The notes below the pieces were generated by a model, which was not told the DNA's origin, did not search any database, and saw only the letters and a list, made by a program, of their open reading frames with translations. A stretch of 64,000 nucleotides of DNA from Anolis carolinensis (Eukaryota), in NCBI RefSeq assembly GCF_035594765.1, contig NW_026943820.1, positions 5,960,647 through 6,024,646 on the forward strand, written 5' to 3'. Position 1 is the first letter of the stretch, and each line of letters begins with the position of its first letter. Both the position numbers and the translations under genes were made by a program. Shown piece by piece: positions 13,637 through 25,967 of this stretch.

Positions 13637-14870
13637 AGGAAAGTTGGGAAGGAAAGAAATGCATGAAGGGAAGAAGGGAAGGATGGAAATGGATGAAGGA
13701 AAGTAAGGAGGGGGAAAGAAAGTAAGGAAGGGAGGCATGAAAGAAAGAAGGGAAGGAAAGGAAAGGAAGAAAGGAAAGCAAGGCATGAAGGAAATGCACG
13801 AAGAAAAGATGGAAAGGAAGGGAAGGAAGAGGGAAGGGAGAGAAGGAAAAAAGAAAGAAGTTTTGAAAGAAAGGAGGAAAGAAGGGAATAAATGAAGGAA
13901 AGGAGGGAGGGAGGAAAGACGGGAAGGGAAAGAGGAAGGGAAGTCATGAAAGAAAGGGAAGGGAGAGAAGGGAATACGGGAAAAGAAGGAAATGCATGAA
14001 GGAAAGAAGGGAGGGATAACGGGAAGGGAAGGAATGAAGGAAAGATGGAAGAGATGAAAGAAGGGAAGAAGGGAAGGGAAGGCATGAAGAAGTGAACAAA
14101 GAATGGGAAAGAAGGAAATGCATGAAGGAAAGAAGGAAGGGATGAAAGAAAGGAAGGAGGCAGGGAAGGGAAGAAGGGAAGGCAAGGCATGAAGGAAAGA
14201 ATGGGAAGGAAGGAAATGCATGAAGGAAAGAAGGAAGGGGAGGGAGGAATGAAGGAAATGGGTGAAGAAAAGAAGGGATGAAAGAAAGGAAGGAGGCAGG
14301 GAAGGGAAGAAAAGGCATGAAGGAAAGAATGGGAAGGAAATGCATGAAGGAAAGAAGGATGGGTAGTGAGGAAAGAAGGGAAGGAATGAAGGACGAAAGA
14401 AGGGACGGAAGGGAAAAGGGAAAGGAAGAAGTGAAGGCAGGACATGAAGGAAATGCACAAAGAATGGGAAGGAAATGCATGAAGGAAAGAAAAAATGAAA
14501 GCGAAGGGGAAGGAAGGAAGAAAGAAGGGAAGGAATGAAGGAAATGGGTGAAGGAAAGAAGGAAAGAGAGAAGGGGAGGGAGGAAAGAAGGGACGGAAGG
14601 GAAAAGGGAAAGGAAGAAGTGAAGGCAGGACATGAAGGAAATGCACAAAGAATGGGAAGGAAATGCATGAAGGAAAGAAAAAATGAAAGCGAAGGGGAAG
14701 GAAGGAAGAAAGAAGGGAAGGAATGAAGGAAATGGGTGAAGGAAAGAAGGAAAGAGAGAAGGGGAGGGAGGAAAGAAGGGACGGAAGGGAAAAGGGAAAG
14801 GAAGAAGTGAAGGCAGGGCATAAAGGAAATGCACGAATGGAAGGAGGGAAGGCAAGGCTGGAGGAAGGCG
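13637..14870 (+). repeat. Polypurine (GGAA/GAAA) array with a 188-bp higher-order repeat
   Basis: Nearly pure A/G; recurring ggaaatgcatgaaggaaagaa; ORFs at 14535 and 14723 begin identically, 188 bp apart. Confidence 0.95.
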
Positions 14871-15500
14871 TCCCTCGGCGTTTTGAGGCGGCGGGCGGAG
14901 TTCCCTTCTCCGGCTAGGCCAGTCCAGGGCGACTGCGGCCCATTTGGGCCCGGCCCCTTCGCCTCCGCGCCGGCAGTCCGCCTCAGGAAACGCGAGGCCT
15001 GTCGGAGGTTGCCGCCTCCACTTACCAGGCCAGCGCTCGCTTCCCCCTCTAAGCCAAGGCGGGCGGCGGGCTCCCCTCCGCAGCCCCGCTCTTGCTTTTC
15101 CTCCTCCTCCTCCTCGCCGCCATTCCTCCCCTCCTCCGGGGTCAGGCCTTACCTCCTCCTCCTGGGGCTGCTGCTGCTCTTCGGAGGGCCAATGAGGCCT
15201 GGCGCGTCCCCTCAGGCGGAGGAGGTGGAGCTTGGAGAGGCCTCGGGGCGGCAGGAGCAGGGAAGGGCGGCGGCGCTGCGAGCTGCGCGCTATTTATCCG
15301 GACGAGAGCGAGCGAGCGAGCGAGGAGGAGAGCGGCCTTAAAGGGGGCCCGCTCTCCGCCTTCGCCCCCGGGCTTTTGGGGGCCACGAAGAAAAGGAAGG
15401 ACAAGCCCAGCACTTGGCACGGTTCCCTTCGAGGAGCAGGACAGGCCTGGCGGGCCTTTCCCCTCAGCTTCGTCTCTTCTGCATCGTCTCTTTCGGATGA
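14860..15500. promoter_or_regulatory. CpG island / bidirectional promoter of ANKRD27 and RGS9BP
   Basis: High GC, dense CpG, GC boxes and CCAAT, between two divergent genes. Confidence 0.75.
15026..15290 (-). other. ANKRD27: ANKRD27 candidate non-coding first exon (TSS unknown)
   Basis: CpG island; minus-strand donor CTG|GTAAGTG at 15025, second donor GAG|GTAAGG at 15152; ANKRD27 and RGS9BP are head-to-head in mammals. Confidence 0.5.
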
Positions 15501-16565
15501 AGAAGAGGAGAACGAGGAACCCAGCGGGCCTTTCTGGCACTTTCTCCCTCCGCTTTGAGTCTTTGGATTGAAAAGAAGGAGCCTAAGTGGGGATTTTTGG
15601 CACTTTCCCCCCTCAGCTTTGTATATTCTGGGTGAAGAGAAGGAGCCCAAGGAAATTAATTTTAATTTTTTTGCACTTTTTCCTCTCAGCTCCCTGTCTT
15701 TGGGGAGGCGCGAGAGCCTAGTGGAGGTTTCTCCCTCAGCTCTGCATCTTTTGGGTGAGGAAAAAGAAGGCCAAGGAACCTTCCTCGCATTTTTCCACCT
15801 CAGGAGATAAGAAGAAGAGAGCCTCCCGGAGGTTTCTTGCGCTTTCTGCTCCCTCAGCTTTGAGTCTTTTGGGTGAAGAAGAGGAGGCCGAGGAGCCCAG
15901 TGGGGATTTCTTTCCAGGAGGAAGCCGGTCTAAGAAGAGGAGGACGAGGAACCAAGCAGGCCTTGCTGGCACTTTTTACCTCAGCTTTGAGTCTTTTTGA
16001 GTGAAAAGGAGCCCAGTAGGGACTTCTTTCTTTGCTTTGTATCATTTGGGTAAAAAGGAGCCCAGGGAGATTTATTTTATTTATTTGCACTTTTTTTCCT
16101 TGTTTTTGAGGAGGAGAGAAAGCCTAGTAGAGGCTTCTTGTACTTTCTCCCTCAGCTTTATTTCTTTCGGCTGAGGAAGAGGAGGGCGAGGAGCGGAGTG
16201 GGCCTTTTCTGCACTTTTCTCTCTCTGGGTTTGTGTCTTTCAGGCAAGGAAGATGAGGAGTTAAAGCCCTTGGGTCTAAGAAAAGGAGGGCCAGGAGCCC
16301 AGTAGATCTTTCTTGCACTTCCTCAGACAGCTTCGTATCTCTTTGGAGAGAAGGAACCCAGCAGGACTTTATTTCAGCTTTGGGTCTAAGCAGAGGAGAA
16401 CGAGCCCAGTGGATCTTTCTAGCACCTTTAGCCCTCAGCTTTGAGTCTTTCAGGTGAGGAAGAAGAGGAGGAGAAGCCCTTGAGTCTAGAGGAGGACGAG
16501 GAGTGGAGTGGGCTTTTCTCACACTTTTCCTCCTTGACTTTGTGTCCTTCAGGTGAGGAAGAGAT
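15400..16565 (+). repeat. Degenerate ~60-bp minisatellite upstream of RGS9BP
   Basis: Recurring gcacttt..ccctcagctttgagtcttt.ggtgaggaaga..gagcccagtgg. Confidence 0.85.
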
Positions 16566-16719
16566 CTTTTCCTGGAGATGTTGGGGAGCCGCCGCGAACG
16601 AGAGCGATCCTGCTTTGGCCTGATCCCGTCCTCACAGTCCAACAGCTTCCTCCTCCTGGTATAGAAGAGGAGCCGGAGAAGCTGCCTGAAGCGAGACCAG
16701 GTCCAGGTCCACGTCCACC

Positions 16720-17433
16720 ATGGCGAAGGAGGAGTGCAAGGCGCTACTGGATGCGCTGAGCAAAGTGACGGCCTGCTACCGGCACCTGGTGCTGACAATT
16801 GGGGGGGCTTCGGACTCGCAGAACTTGCGCGAGGAGCTGCAGAAGACGCGGCGCAAGGCCCAGGAGCTGGCGGTGGCGGCTCGGACAAGGCTGACGACGG
16901 CACTGCGTGACAAGACCACGGGGAAGGAGGAGCGGGCAGAGCTGGAGCGGCTCTGGGTGCTCTTCTCCACCTGCCTGGAGCTGCTGGAGACGGACATGCG
17001 CCGCGCCCTAGAGCTAGGCCAGGAGTTCCCGCTCAACGTGCCCAAGAAGCCTCTCATCCAGACAGGCCTCAGTGGCGGGACCTCAGCTGTGGCCGCCCGG
17101 GCCATGAGCGCCCAGAAGATGAAGTACGAGGCCGGGCACGACATCGACGCCGCCGACCTCAAGGACTTGGAGAATGAGATCAACCAGGTGGGCGAGATGC
17201 GCTACGAGATGGAGATGAAGGTCAGTGTCCCGCAGTGGACTGTGGAGGCCAAGCAGGACCCCGGCGCAGAGCTCCACTCCACGGTCAGCGCCGGAGCCTC
17301 CTCGCTGGGCCTCATCTCTGCTGAGGAACCCAAGGCCTTCTGCGACGTCAGCAGGGTCTTGGCCGGCATAATCTTCACCGCCGTACTCCTCGTGGCCATC
17401 ATCCTGGCTGTCTGCGTAGCCAAGCTCTCCTGA
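16720..17433 (+). CDS. RGS9BP: Regulator of G-protein signalling 9 binding protein (R9AP), single coding exon, 237 aa
   Basis: [13 protein letters not shown]...helical SNARE-like region and C-terminal TM helix ([21 protein letters not shown]); Kozak ccaccATGG; synteny. Confidence 0.97.
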   Translation: MAKEECKALLDALSKVTACYRHLVLTIGGASDSQNLREELQKTRRKAQELAVAARTRLTTALRDKTTGKEERAELERLWVLFSTCLELLETDMRRALELGQEFPLNVPKKPLIQTGLSGGTSAVAARAMSAQKMKYEAGHDIDAADLKDLENEINQVGEMRYEMEMKVSVPQWTVEAKQDPGAELHSTVSAGASSLGLISAEEPKAFCDVSRVLAGIIFTAVLLVAIILAVCVAKLS

Positions 17434-17579
17434 GGGGTCCTCCTATCTGCCAGAGGCCCAGAAAAGGAAGGAAGGCCAGGCCTATGCCTTGCCCAGGGGA
17501 ACTCCTTCTGGGGTGAGGAGCCATTCTGTGGTCACGAAAGGGCCCTGGAGGTCTCTGCCCCATACCTATGCCAGCCATG

Positions 17580-18145
17580 GTTTTGAGAGATTCTAGCTTT
17601 ACAGGACAGCCTATATCTGAGGTATTTTATTGGAGTAAAAGGTGTTTTTTTGCACAGGGAAACTTGTTATTTGGGTTTGGGATGCCCAGACCCTGAACCA
17701 GCTGCACTTTGAGATAGCCTAGCTTTACAGAGCAGCTTATATCCAAGGTATATACACCTTTATTGAAGTAAAAGGAAAAGATAAACCTCTATTGGAGTAA
17801 AAGGTGTTTTCTGCACAGGAAAAAATTTGTTATCTAGGGTTGGGATCCACATTGTTAGAAAAGATGTTTGCACCATGCCTAGACCCTGAACCGGCCGCAC
17901 TTTGAGGTATTCTAGCTTTACAGGACAGTATTTCTGAGGTACATACACCTTTATTTGAGTAAAATGCAAAGGCTACGATGTTTTCTGCACCAGGAAAACA
18001 TGTTACCTGGGGTTGGTATCCATGTTGCTGTAAAAGGGGTCTGCTCCCTGTCCATACCCTGAACCAGACACACTTTGAGATATTCTAGCTTTACATAACA
18101 GTCTATATTCAAGGTACATACACCTTTATTTGAGTAAAAGGGGAA
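17580..18145 (+). repeat. Degenerate tandem repeat in the RGS9BP 3' region
   Basis: ctagctttaca...aggta(c/t)atacacctttatt...gtaaaa and ccctgaacc...cactttgag repeated 3-4 times. Confidence 0.8.
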
Positions 18146-21100
18146 AGACCTGTTCGCTGCGCCCTTCAGAGTTGATGAAAGAGAGGTATTACAACTACCA
18201 GCTATAGTTGCTATTTCTAGATTCGCTATTCTGAGTAACCAGAAGCAAATGTGGTTTGTGAATAGCCTCCTCCGGTGGTGACCCATGTTTACAAATTGCA
18301 CATCGTTTGGAGGTTGGAATGGATTAAGGGACAAAACAGGGAGATTTAGAAATTACATAGCATTCCCTTTAAACATCAGGAATAGTGTCTCTGGACTGAG
18401 CAGTGGATTTGTTTCCTCCTTCTAAAAAACAATCTTTTATTGTACTTTTTAATCTCTGGAGTTATGATTTAAAGTTTCTGTTTCTGGGATCAAATTGCAT
18501 AGAGACTTGAATCTTTATGGGGATGAGGAGACTAATTGCATATTTGGCAAATGTACAATGTTAAATGCAACCTAAATCTACAAGAGGAAGATTAAGCACC
18601 ACTTACAGGAATCTTAAGAAGCCCTGTTTACAATTTATGATTGCATAACATAGTTTTCTTCTCCTTTGCTGGGGGTGGGAGGAAGGAAACTCTACTTCTT
18701 GGTATTTTGGGTTCTTAACTCCATGCCAGTCACATTTATATAAAACGCCATACTATGTACAGAGATTGACATTTATGGCTGAGTCCTCTGCTTTGACCTT
18801 AGTTAAATTGTAATTCATATGCATAGGAACCATGTTAGGCAGAACAAGAGTCTAAGGCTATTTGGAATCTTGTTTAGCACTGCTGAATTAAGTGGGAGGT
18901 CTTTCCTAATAAGTGTGTTTGGATTGAAAACACTTAAAATGTTAAGGCTTGTGTGCCAGTCAGTGTTTGTGAACTGCAGCATCAGGCTACAGCTGTAGAA
19001 ACATTTTTATGGAGGTATTTTCTGCTTATGTTTGTGGAAGTTGCTTTGATCAAATGTTGGTATGGTCTGGGTTGTCAATGCAACTGACTTTTGATGTACA
19101 GTACAGCATGGTGTTAAATTTTATGTAGGAATGTATGAAACTGCCTTATAGTAAATCAGGCTTTTGGTCCCTCTAGTTCTGTATGACTGACAGTGGCTCT
19201 CCAAGGATCCTAAGGATTCTTTGGGATCTTTTGTAACCCTGGCTAATTATACTGTCTTTTCCAGTCCTACCTGAAATGCCAGACTGATCCAGTTTAATTC
19301 TATGGTACAAATAAGACACCTGATCTCACGTTGACACTCTGAGGTTTGCACATGTGCATCTCCTATTACTTATAATGGGATTTATATATTTACCTGCAAG
19401 AATCAAGGCGATTAGAATCAATCTTATAATCCTGACCTGCTCAAGCACTGACATAATGTGACTTGGATGGCAGTGCTTGTGCCTGTGTCTGATACAAGCC
19501 CTTTGAAAAACTGACAGCTGGATGGAATGTAAACGTAGGGCTTCAACTAAATGTGGAATAGCTTAGTTTTTCACAACAAAAATTTATCGGCACCTGCCAT
19601 ACATGCTTTCTTTGTTCTTTATGAAATGTACAATGCACAGGTTACATAAAACTGTTCTTTAAAGGACATTGATAAAGAACACAAGAATTCCTTCCTGTGC
19701 AGGCAAGTTCCTCTCTAAAATGTTCTTAATCTAAAGAGCAGCATAGTGGTTTTCCAAGAACTGCCAATCCATCTGGACTTATGGCCAGGAACTGTTTGGT
19801 TCTACAAGTCAGATTCCTGCCCTCTACACATGAGACTAAGTCAGTGGGCTAGATGACACGAGGGGCAGGCTTTTATCATTTACTCTTCTCCTCCCACAAT
19901 ACTATAACTAGTCCAGATAGTACCAACCAGTACCCTATACTGTCCGTGGTCTGGTAGTACCCCATATTGTCTAGGGTAGCTTACTATAGATGGATCAAAC
20001 TAACAGCAAACAAAATGGTTCCACTGCCAGAAAAGAAGGAAATTATTGAGAAGCAAGGGGAAAGTATCTACATCTTACACTATTACCCTGTGGAAGTGAA
20101 GGCACTGAAAACTGCAGTTCCAACCTTAACAGTGCTTGAAAATATGTCCCATTCTTTTCAAGGGAACTTTCACAGGGCATATTTGGCATTGGTGCAATGA
20201 TCTCATTAATGTCTTTACAACTAGATATGTATAGCCAGATCCCATATATGTTTGCACAGAAGGCTCCACTGGATTCAAGGGTTGTGTGTAGTTTTAGGAA
20301 TGCTGAACCATTGAAGTCTGATTGTACATGCAATAGAACCTTCTGCAAATATGCCAGCTTGTATGCACTTATTTAAATAAGCCCCACTGAATATATTGGA
20401 CCTATCTAAGAATGGAGCTGTTACCAAAATCCTGTGACATTGGCTTTCATATACACATATCTCGGTTAGATGGGTAGGCAGTCAATTCAAATTTAAAAAA
20501 ATCTAATCTATTGCCTGCTGCTAACCACATTCTCTTTGAGGACTACAGTATCCCTATGTTGGCTTTAGAATTGTATGTTTCAGCTTATTTACTTATAAGC
20601 ATATATGCAAATAGAATATATTTCAGGATATACCTGGCGAGGTTAGGCTTCTGTCCCACACATTTTTCACAATGTATGTAACAGTGGTTGATACTTGGCC
20701 TTTGAAGTGACAGGCACATGTTGTCAAAGAAGTCTCTTATTTTTTGTGGAGGATGTAGCCAGGGAAGCCTTCTAAAGGTGTTAACACAAAAATAGAGTCC
20801 AAAATAAAATTGTTCAATAAGCAAGTGTTTTAAGATGGCATCCTTAGTTAATTATTGAGTGCATCAAATCTGTGTTAGTTTGTGGTTGTGAATACCTCTG
20901 TTTCATTGAACAATTATACTAAGGAATGGATTTGGGATTTAATTTGAGACTACGGCCTTGAGTCCCGTCCCCCCAGGGGTAGAGAAAGGTGGGATATAAA
21001 TATGGTAAATAAATAAAATACAGAAATAATTAACAATTTTGAATTCATATTGGTGCTACAATACCCCACTTTGCATGTAATACTCAGACTGCTGCTATTG

Positions 21101-21697
21101 ATCCTCTTTATTTGTCCACTGTCGCTTCAATCGTAGTTCATTGATAAGATCCCACCTTTGCTTCACAAGGGCTAGACATGTGTGCCACAGACCTTTTTAA
21201 ATGGGGCAACACTTGCACTTCAAACTTTCTGCAAATGACAATGTTTAAATGCTGGAGAGAGAGAAAAACAGCAGGAGACTGGCTTTTCATGTTTGAATTG
21301 TAACTTTGTAGTACTCTTGTAAGGAACAATTCTGTATTCTTTGCACATTCCAGTCTCCAGTCCAAGTAGCTCTGCAGCTGTGCTTGTTCTGGCACAATCA
21401 GGAAATACAGATTCAGTAGCTGAGAGTAATGTTATTTTTTATCATTTCAATCTATATGTGCTGTTACTCATCTAAGTTTTTGTAGGTTTACGAGGTGTGA
21501 TTCAGTTTTGTTGATGTTCAGAATTTGTTTTGCAAATGATCTATTTGTTGCATAAATTCATAACATTGTAAGGCACTACCTGCCTAGACAATTCTTCTGT
21601 GGCAGAACCAGGTAGCATTTCTGGTTTTCAAGTAAACATGTTTTAAGATGGAGATTTAGGTATGTTTGTAAATGAGTATCAGAACTGTATTCCTTAC

Positions 21698-22188
21698 ATT
21701 TATTTATTTATTTATTTACAGTATTTATATTCCGCCCTTCTCACCCCGAAGGGGACTCAGGGCGGATTACAGTGAACACATAAATGGCAAACATTCAATG
21801 CCAACAGACAAACAACATTCAGTTTTAGACAGACACAGAGGCATTTTTTTTAACATCTTTCCAGCTTCACAATTCCGGCCACAGGGGGAGCTGTTGCTTC
21901 ACCATCCATTGGTGGCTGTTCTTCTTCTTCTTTTCCTCGTGAGCAGTTTTATGGTGTTGTAGATTAGTTAAATTAGCCTCCCGCATAAAGCGTCCCTAAA
22001 TTTTCCCTACTTGACAGATGCAACTATCTTTCGGGGCTGCTAGGTCAACAGCAAGCCGGGGCTATTTTTAAAAAAAATTTTTTATGGTCGGAGGCTTAAC
22101 CCGACCCGGGCTTCGAACTCATGACCTCTCGGTCAGTAGTGATTTATAGCAGCTGGTTACTAGCCAGCTGCGCCACAGCCCGGCCCCC
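21698..22188 (-). mobile_element. tRNA-derived SINE with L2-type 3' tail
   Basis: A box TGGCGCAGCTGG, B box GAGTTCGAAGC, tail ccgccctgagtcccc...gggcgg plus (TAAA)n. Confidence 0.75.
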
Positions 22189-24091
22189 AGTTAGGGTTAG
22201 CGTTAGGGTCTTATATCTCTCTTAAAACATGATTCAGATTTCCCTCTTGCCTGTTTCTCAAGATCATTCCCACCATCAACTGTGTATTCATTCATGTTCA
22301 TGGAATGTAAAGACAGAAGAAAGTATGAGACAGGATTGCCACTTTCTAATTACCTAATACCTCTACCATTAATTATCCAAGGATGCCCAGGACAATGGTA
22401 TGTGCAGTGTGATCCACAGACAGACTCCGATCACTTGGTCTGGGAAGCTGACTGAATGCAAAGGAGGCAAAGACATGTATAGATGTTACTGGTGATGTAT
22501 TCATAATTTTGTACTTCAAGCCACACTAATGAGAATTTGGTTTCACGAAATACACGGACATTTGTCATTAAAATTAACCGCAGTACATTCCAGTTGCTTT
22601 CTAGAAGTTTAGTATGCGGAAGGGCGTGTGTTGTTCAGCCACTTGACATTTTTTTAAATAATACTTCTTAGCAATTTTATTTATGAAGATTTGCTGCAAC
22701 TACAGACTAACTGAATATTTTTAAAATGTTGAGTTAAAGCTGAAGTTTAACTTTTGTTAAAATGTGTACACACTTTTTTAAGAAGAAAAAAAAAAGCCTG
22801 ATGACACTCTCATGTTTACAGCCTTAGCCATTTTTCTTGAGCAAGAATGTATATTTTCACTGGAAAGGGCAAGGGAAGATTTCTTTTTGTAAAAAGAGAT
22901 TTTTAAAAAATCAAACTTTGTTATATAGTGAGGAGATGACAAATTCAGGTATTATGACTGAAGGCAATGAGAAATTATAAATACCAACTGTGGTACAAAA
23001 GAAATAAAAGCACTTTTGACTTCTACTGGTTGAGATATTTGTTCAAGGTCAGTATTACAAATCTGTTTTACAATGACTGTGCAAGTGTTAAATTGTAATG
23101 AGCTGGTATCATTCCATCTGTGCAAGAGCATGGGTTTTTGTGCTCAGGATAAAGCCTGTTGCTATTATTTATTTATTTAATATAAATTAATTATTTAAAA
23201 TAAAGTCTCTTCTGTTAACTTTGCCAATGTGTTTTCAGGGCCTTTTTATGTGTGTGTAAAACAACAGATGTCTGAGTATAAGATTATCAAATAGAGCTGG
23301 GTTCCTCACTAAATCACTAGGTCATCCATATAACCCAGTTCAGTAGTGGGAGTATTGAACTCTATCTCTATCCATCTCTGTCCATTGTTGATACTGGCTG
23401 GGATTGACATTTCCTCTAGCCCCTGAAGATGGCCAATTAATAATATATGACTGAAATGCATTGGATTGGATAAAACAATACCTCCACCCAAAAAAACACC
23501 ACTGCTCAAAGTATATAAAAAAAACTTCAATAAGCACTTGGAGACCTGTTTCTCCTTTTATGTGTGGGTCCTAAGTGATTTCCAGTACCGCTCTGGAATT
23601 TAATAACTTCTTAAGGGACCGATGTTCTTCATCTCCTCCCATTTTTTAAGAGACTGGTATCTGTGTAGCCCAAAATGCAAAACTTTTTCCAAATTTATAG
23701 GACCGATTTAAATTACTTTTGCCATGAGACAAATATAGACATTCAGATGTTTATATAATTACATAACGCAGTGGGAATTTGCTTTATCCAAAATTGGGTT
23801 TATTCTTTGAGTCTGGTTTTCATTACAGAGGGATCCAAACTACTTCTCGGGGATATAGCTAAACCATACTCACCTAGATGTTCTATATATTTCCCCATTT
23901 TAAAGCAAAGGTGTTTGGATCAGGATTTTAATGTGTTCACTAGTAGCAGCTAAGCCTTTCATGTAGAAGAGAGAGAAAAATAATGGGATTCCATTAGAAT
24001 TTATAAAGCCAAGGAGTTTTCTGATTCCAGAATTGAATACCAGATGCTATGCATATTGAACTAAAGACACACAAATATTTAATCTGTTTTT

Positions 24092-24190
24092 GGTTGTTGT
24101 ATGTCTTTCGGGCTGTGTGGCCATGTTCCAGAAGTATTCTCTCCTGACGTTTCGCCCACATCTATGGCAGGCATCCTCAGAGGTTGTGAA
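24092..24190 (-). mobile_element. Penelope-like pseudo-LTR fragment carrying a hammerhead motif
   Basis: Family seen at least 7 times in the window; CTGAGGA...GAAACGTC core. Confidence 0.75.
24141..24188 (-). ncRNA. Minimal type I hammerhead ribozyme motif (Penelope-associated)
   Basis: CCU-CUGAGGA-U-GCCUGC(cauagau)GUGGGC-GAAA-CGUC-AGG. Confidence 0.6.
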
Positions 24191-25967
24191 GCATGGACAA
24201 CATATTAATCTGTTTTTGTTCATACTAAAATAAAAACCAGAGGGAGGACTAGATAAGGAATAATAAATATTCCCGTATAGGACATTGAAATTGAAAACAA
24301 CAAAACCAGGAACTCGATGTGCCATGGGATTTTTTCTACATAAAATTAAAATCCAAGAGGCCTTAAAGCTCCTAGCCTTCCGGCTAAAAATTAAGAGTGC
24401 GGAATAATTTGTATATAAATAAATTTTGTGAAGCTCTTCATCAACATATTTACCCTTCACAGATTTTCATTATATAAAAAGTCATTCAGGAAGACCATTG
24501 GATTATAGTCCTCTAAATGCTCTCTCCCAATACGATTATGTTAGTCTTTTAATGCAGGGTGAGGTCTGGATGGGAGAGTAAGGCTACAACGTGAGCAGCC
24601 GCTTGCCGTGGGAAGCATACAGTACAAGCAGGATTACAGAGGAATGGCTGCTTTTTGAAATCTTGCCCTTTTGCATATGTGGCAAGTCTCTGAACAGAGC
24701 CGAAAGAAAGGAGACTACATACAGCGTGCAAGAACATGGTACAAAAAGGCAACGGCCCATTTTATAAATTCTGCTAAGTACACATTGCAGGTTGTGTTCA
24801 AAAATGTGTGCAACCCACTATTCTGTTCAACTGAAGTTTCACAATGGTTTTCTATGAATGGTGGTACCATTGAAGAGGTAACCGAAGGTTAAAGGAAATG
24901 CCTGTATTTATTTAAGTCTAATGTGCAAGCAAATCTAATGTGCACCTCACTTTTCAAAACCCTAACACAAAAAAAGGGTTCACTGCCAAATGTAATGTAC
25001 AGTGACGGAAAGTGCACTCATTTGGTCCCAAAAGGTGTGTATTACAGTAGTAGTAGTAATAATAATAATAAAATAACTTGATTCTTGTACCCTGCCTCCC
25101 ATCTCCCTGAAGGGACTCGGGGCTACCTACATAAGAAAAATAGTCCACAAATTTAAAATACAATATAATAACATAGTTATAAAACAACGTAACATGACAA
25201 TTATTAAAACTATGACATCAATTGCTATGTACAGAGGGTGATTAGTACAAAACTCGGTTGCTGCCTGCTTAGAATTCCTTCTATAAAAACAAAAATGTTG
25301 GAGCACCAAAGCTTCCAGCAATGGAGAAGAAAACCTTTGAGTATGTCTATGCTCCTTGGTTCAATGCTATTGAGTCGTGGGGGCTGTAGTTTTACAAAGT
25401 CTGAAGCCTTTTCTGCCAAAGAAGGCTGATGTCTCACCAAACTACAAATCCCAGGATAGCATAGCATTGAGCCATGGCTTTAAATTAGAGATGACATCCC
25501 TCAAATAGGCACTCTAGGTGCTCCTGGAGCAGCTTTGACTTTTGCTTGTAGTCAGCACTACGATGACCATATTACGCAAATCTAACACGCATCCAAATTT
25601 AGTCAAAAAAGATTTCACCAAATTTGGTGGACTTCTGATAAGCGCACAATGGAATTCAATAGTAAAAAAAATTCAAGACGTATTTCAGGATAAAATCTCT
25701 GTGCCTCTAAATGAACAAAACAGTGTATCTATGAGAAAAGTAGAGCAAGCAGATGTCTAGTTTTGCGTGTGTGCCTCTGATTATAGTTATGCTGGTTAGT
25801 TTGCCCCAGTTTTTAAAAATACGATCAGCCAGCTGGCTGACCTCTGCTATTCTGCCAAGCTAGAACCAAAACGCACTCGCAGCCAAGCTGTTTACTAGGT
25901 TCTAACTACAGTGTACGAAATCCTTCAAGGAAATAAATAGTCTACTGCTTTCAGCCATTTCATTTCT

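Noticed and set aside
13410-14855. Long minus-strand ORFs of 303-398 aa in all three frames
   Set aside because: F/P/S/L low-complexity translation of a polypyrimidine repeat that cannot contain stops; lies in ANKRD27 intron 1
14829-15650. Overlapping ORFs in the bidirectional promoter
   Set aside because: GC-rich artefacts with no domain features
16124-17423. Antisense ORFs over RGS9BP, including a 259-aa one
   Set aside because: Shadow ORFs of GC-rich coding DNA and the minisatellite; no recognisable homology
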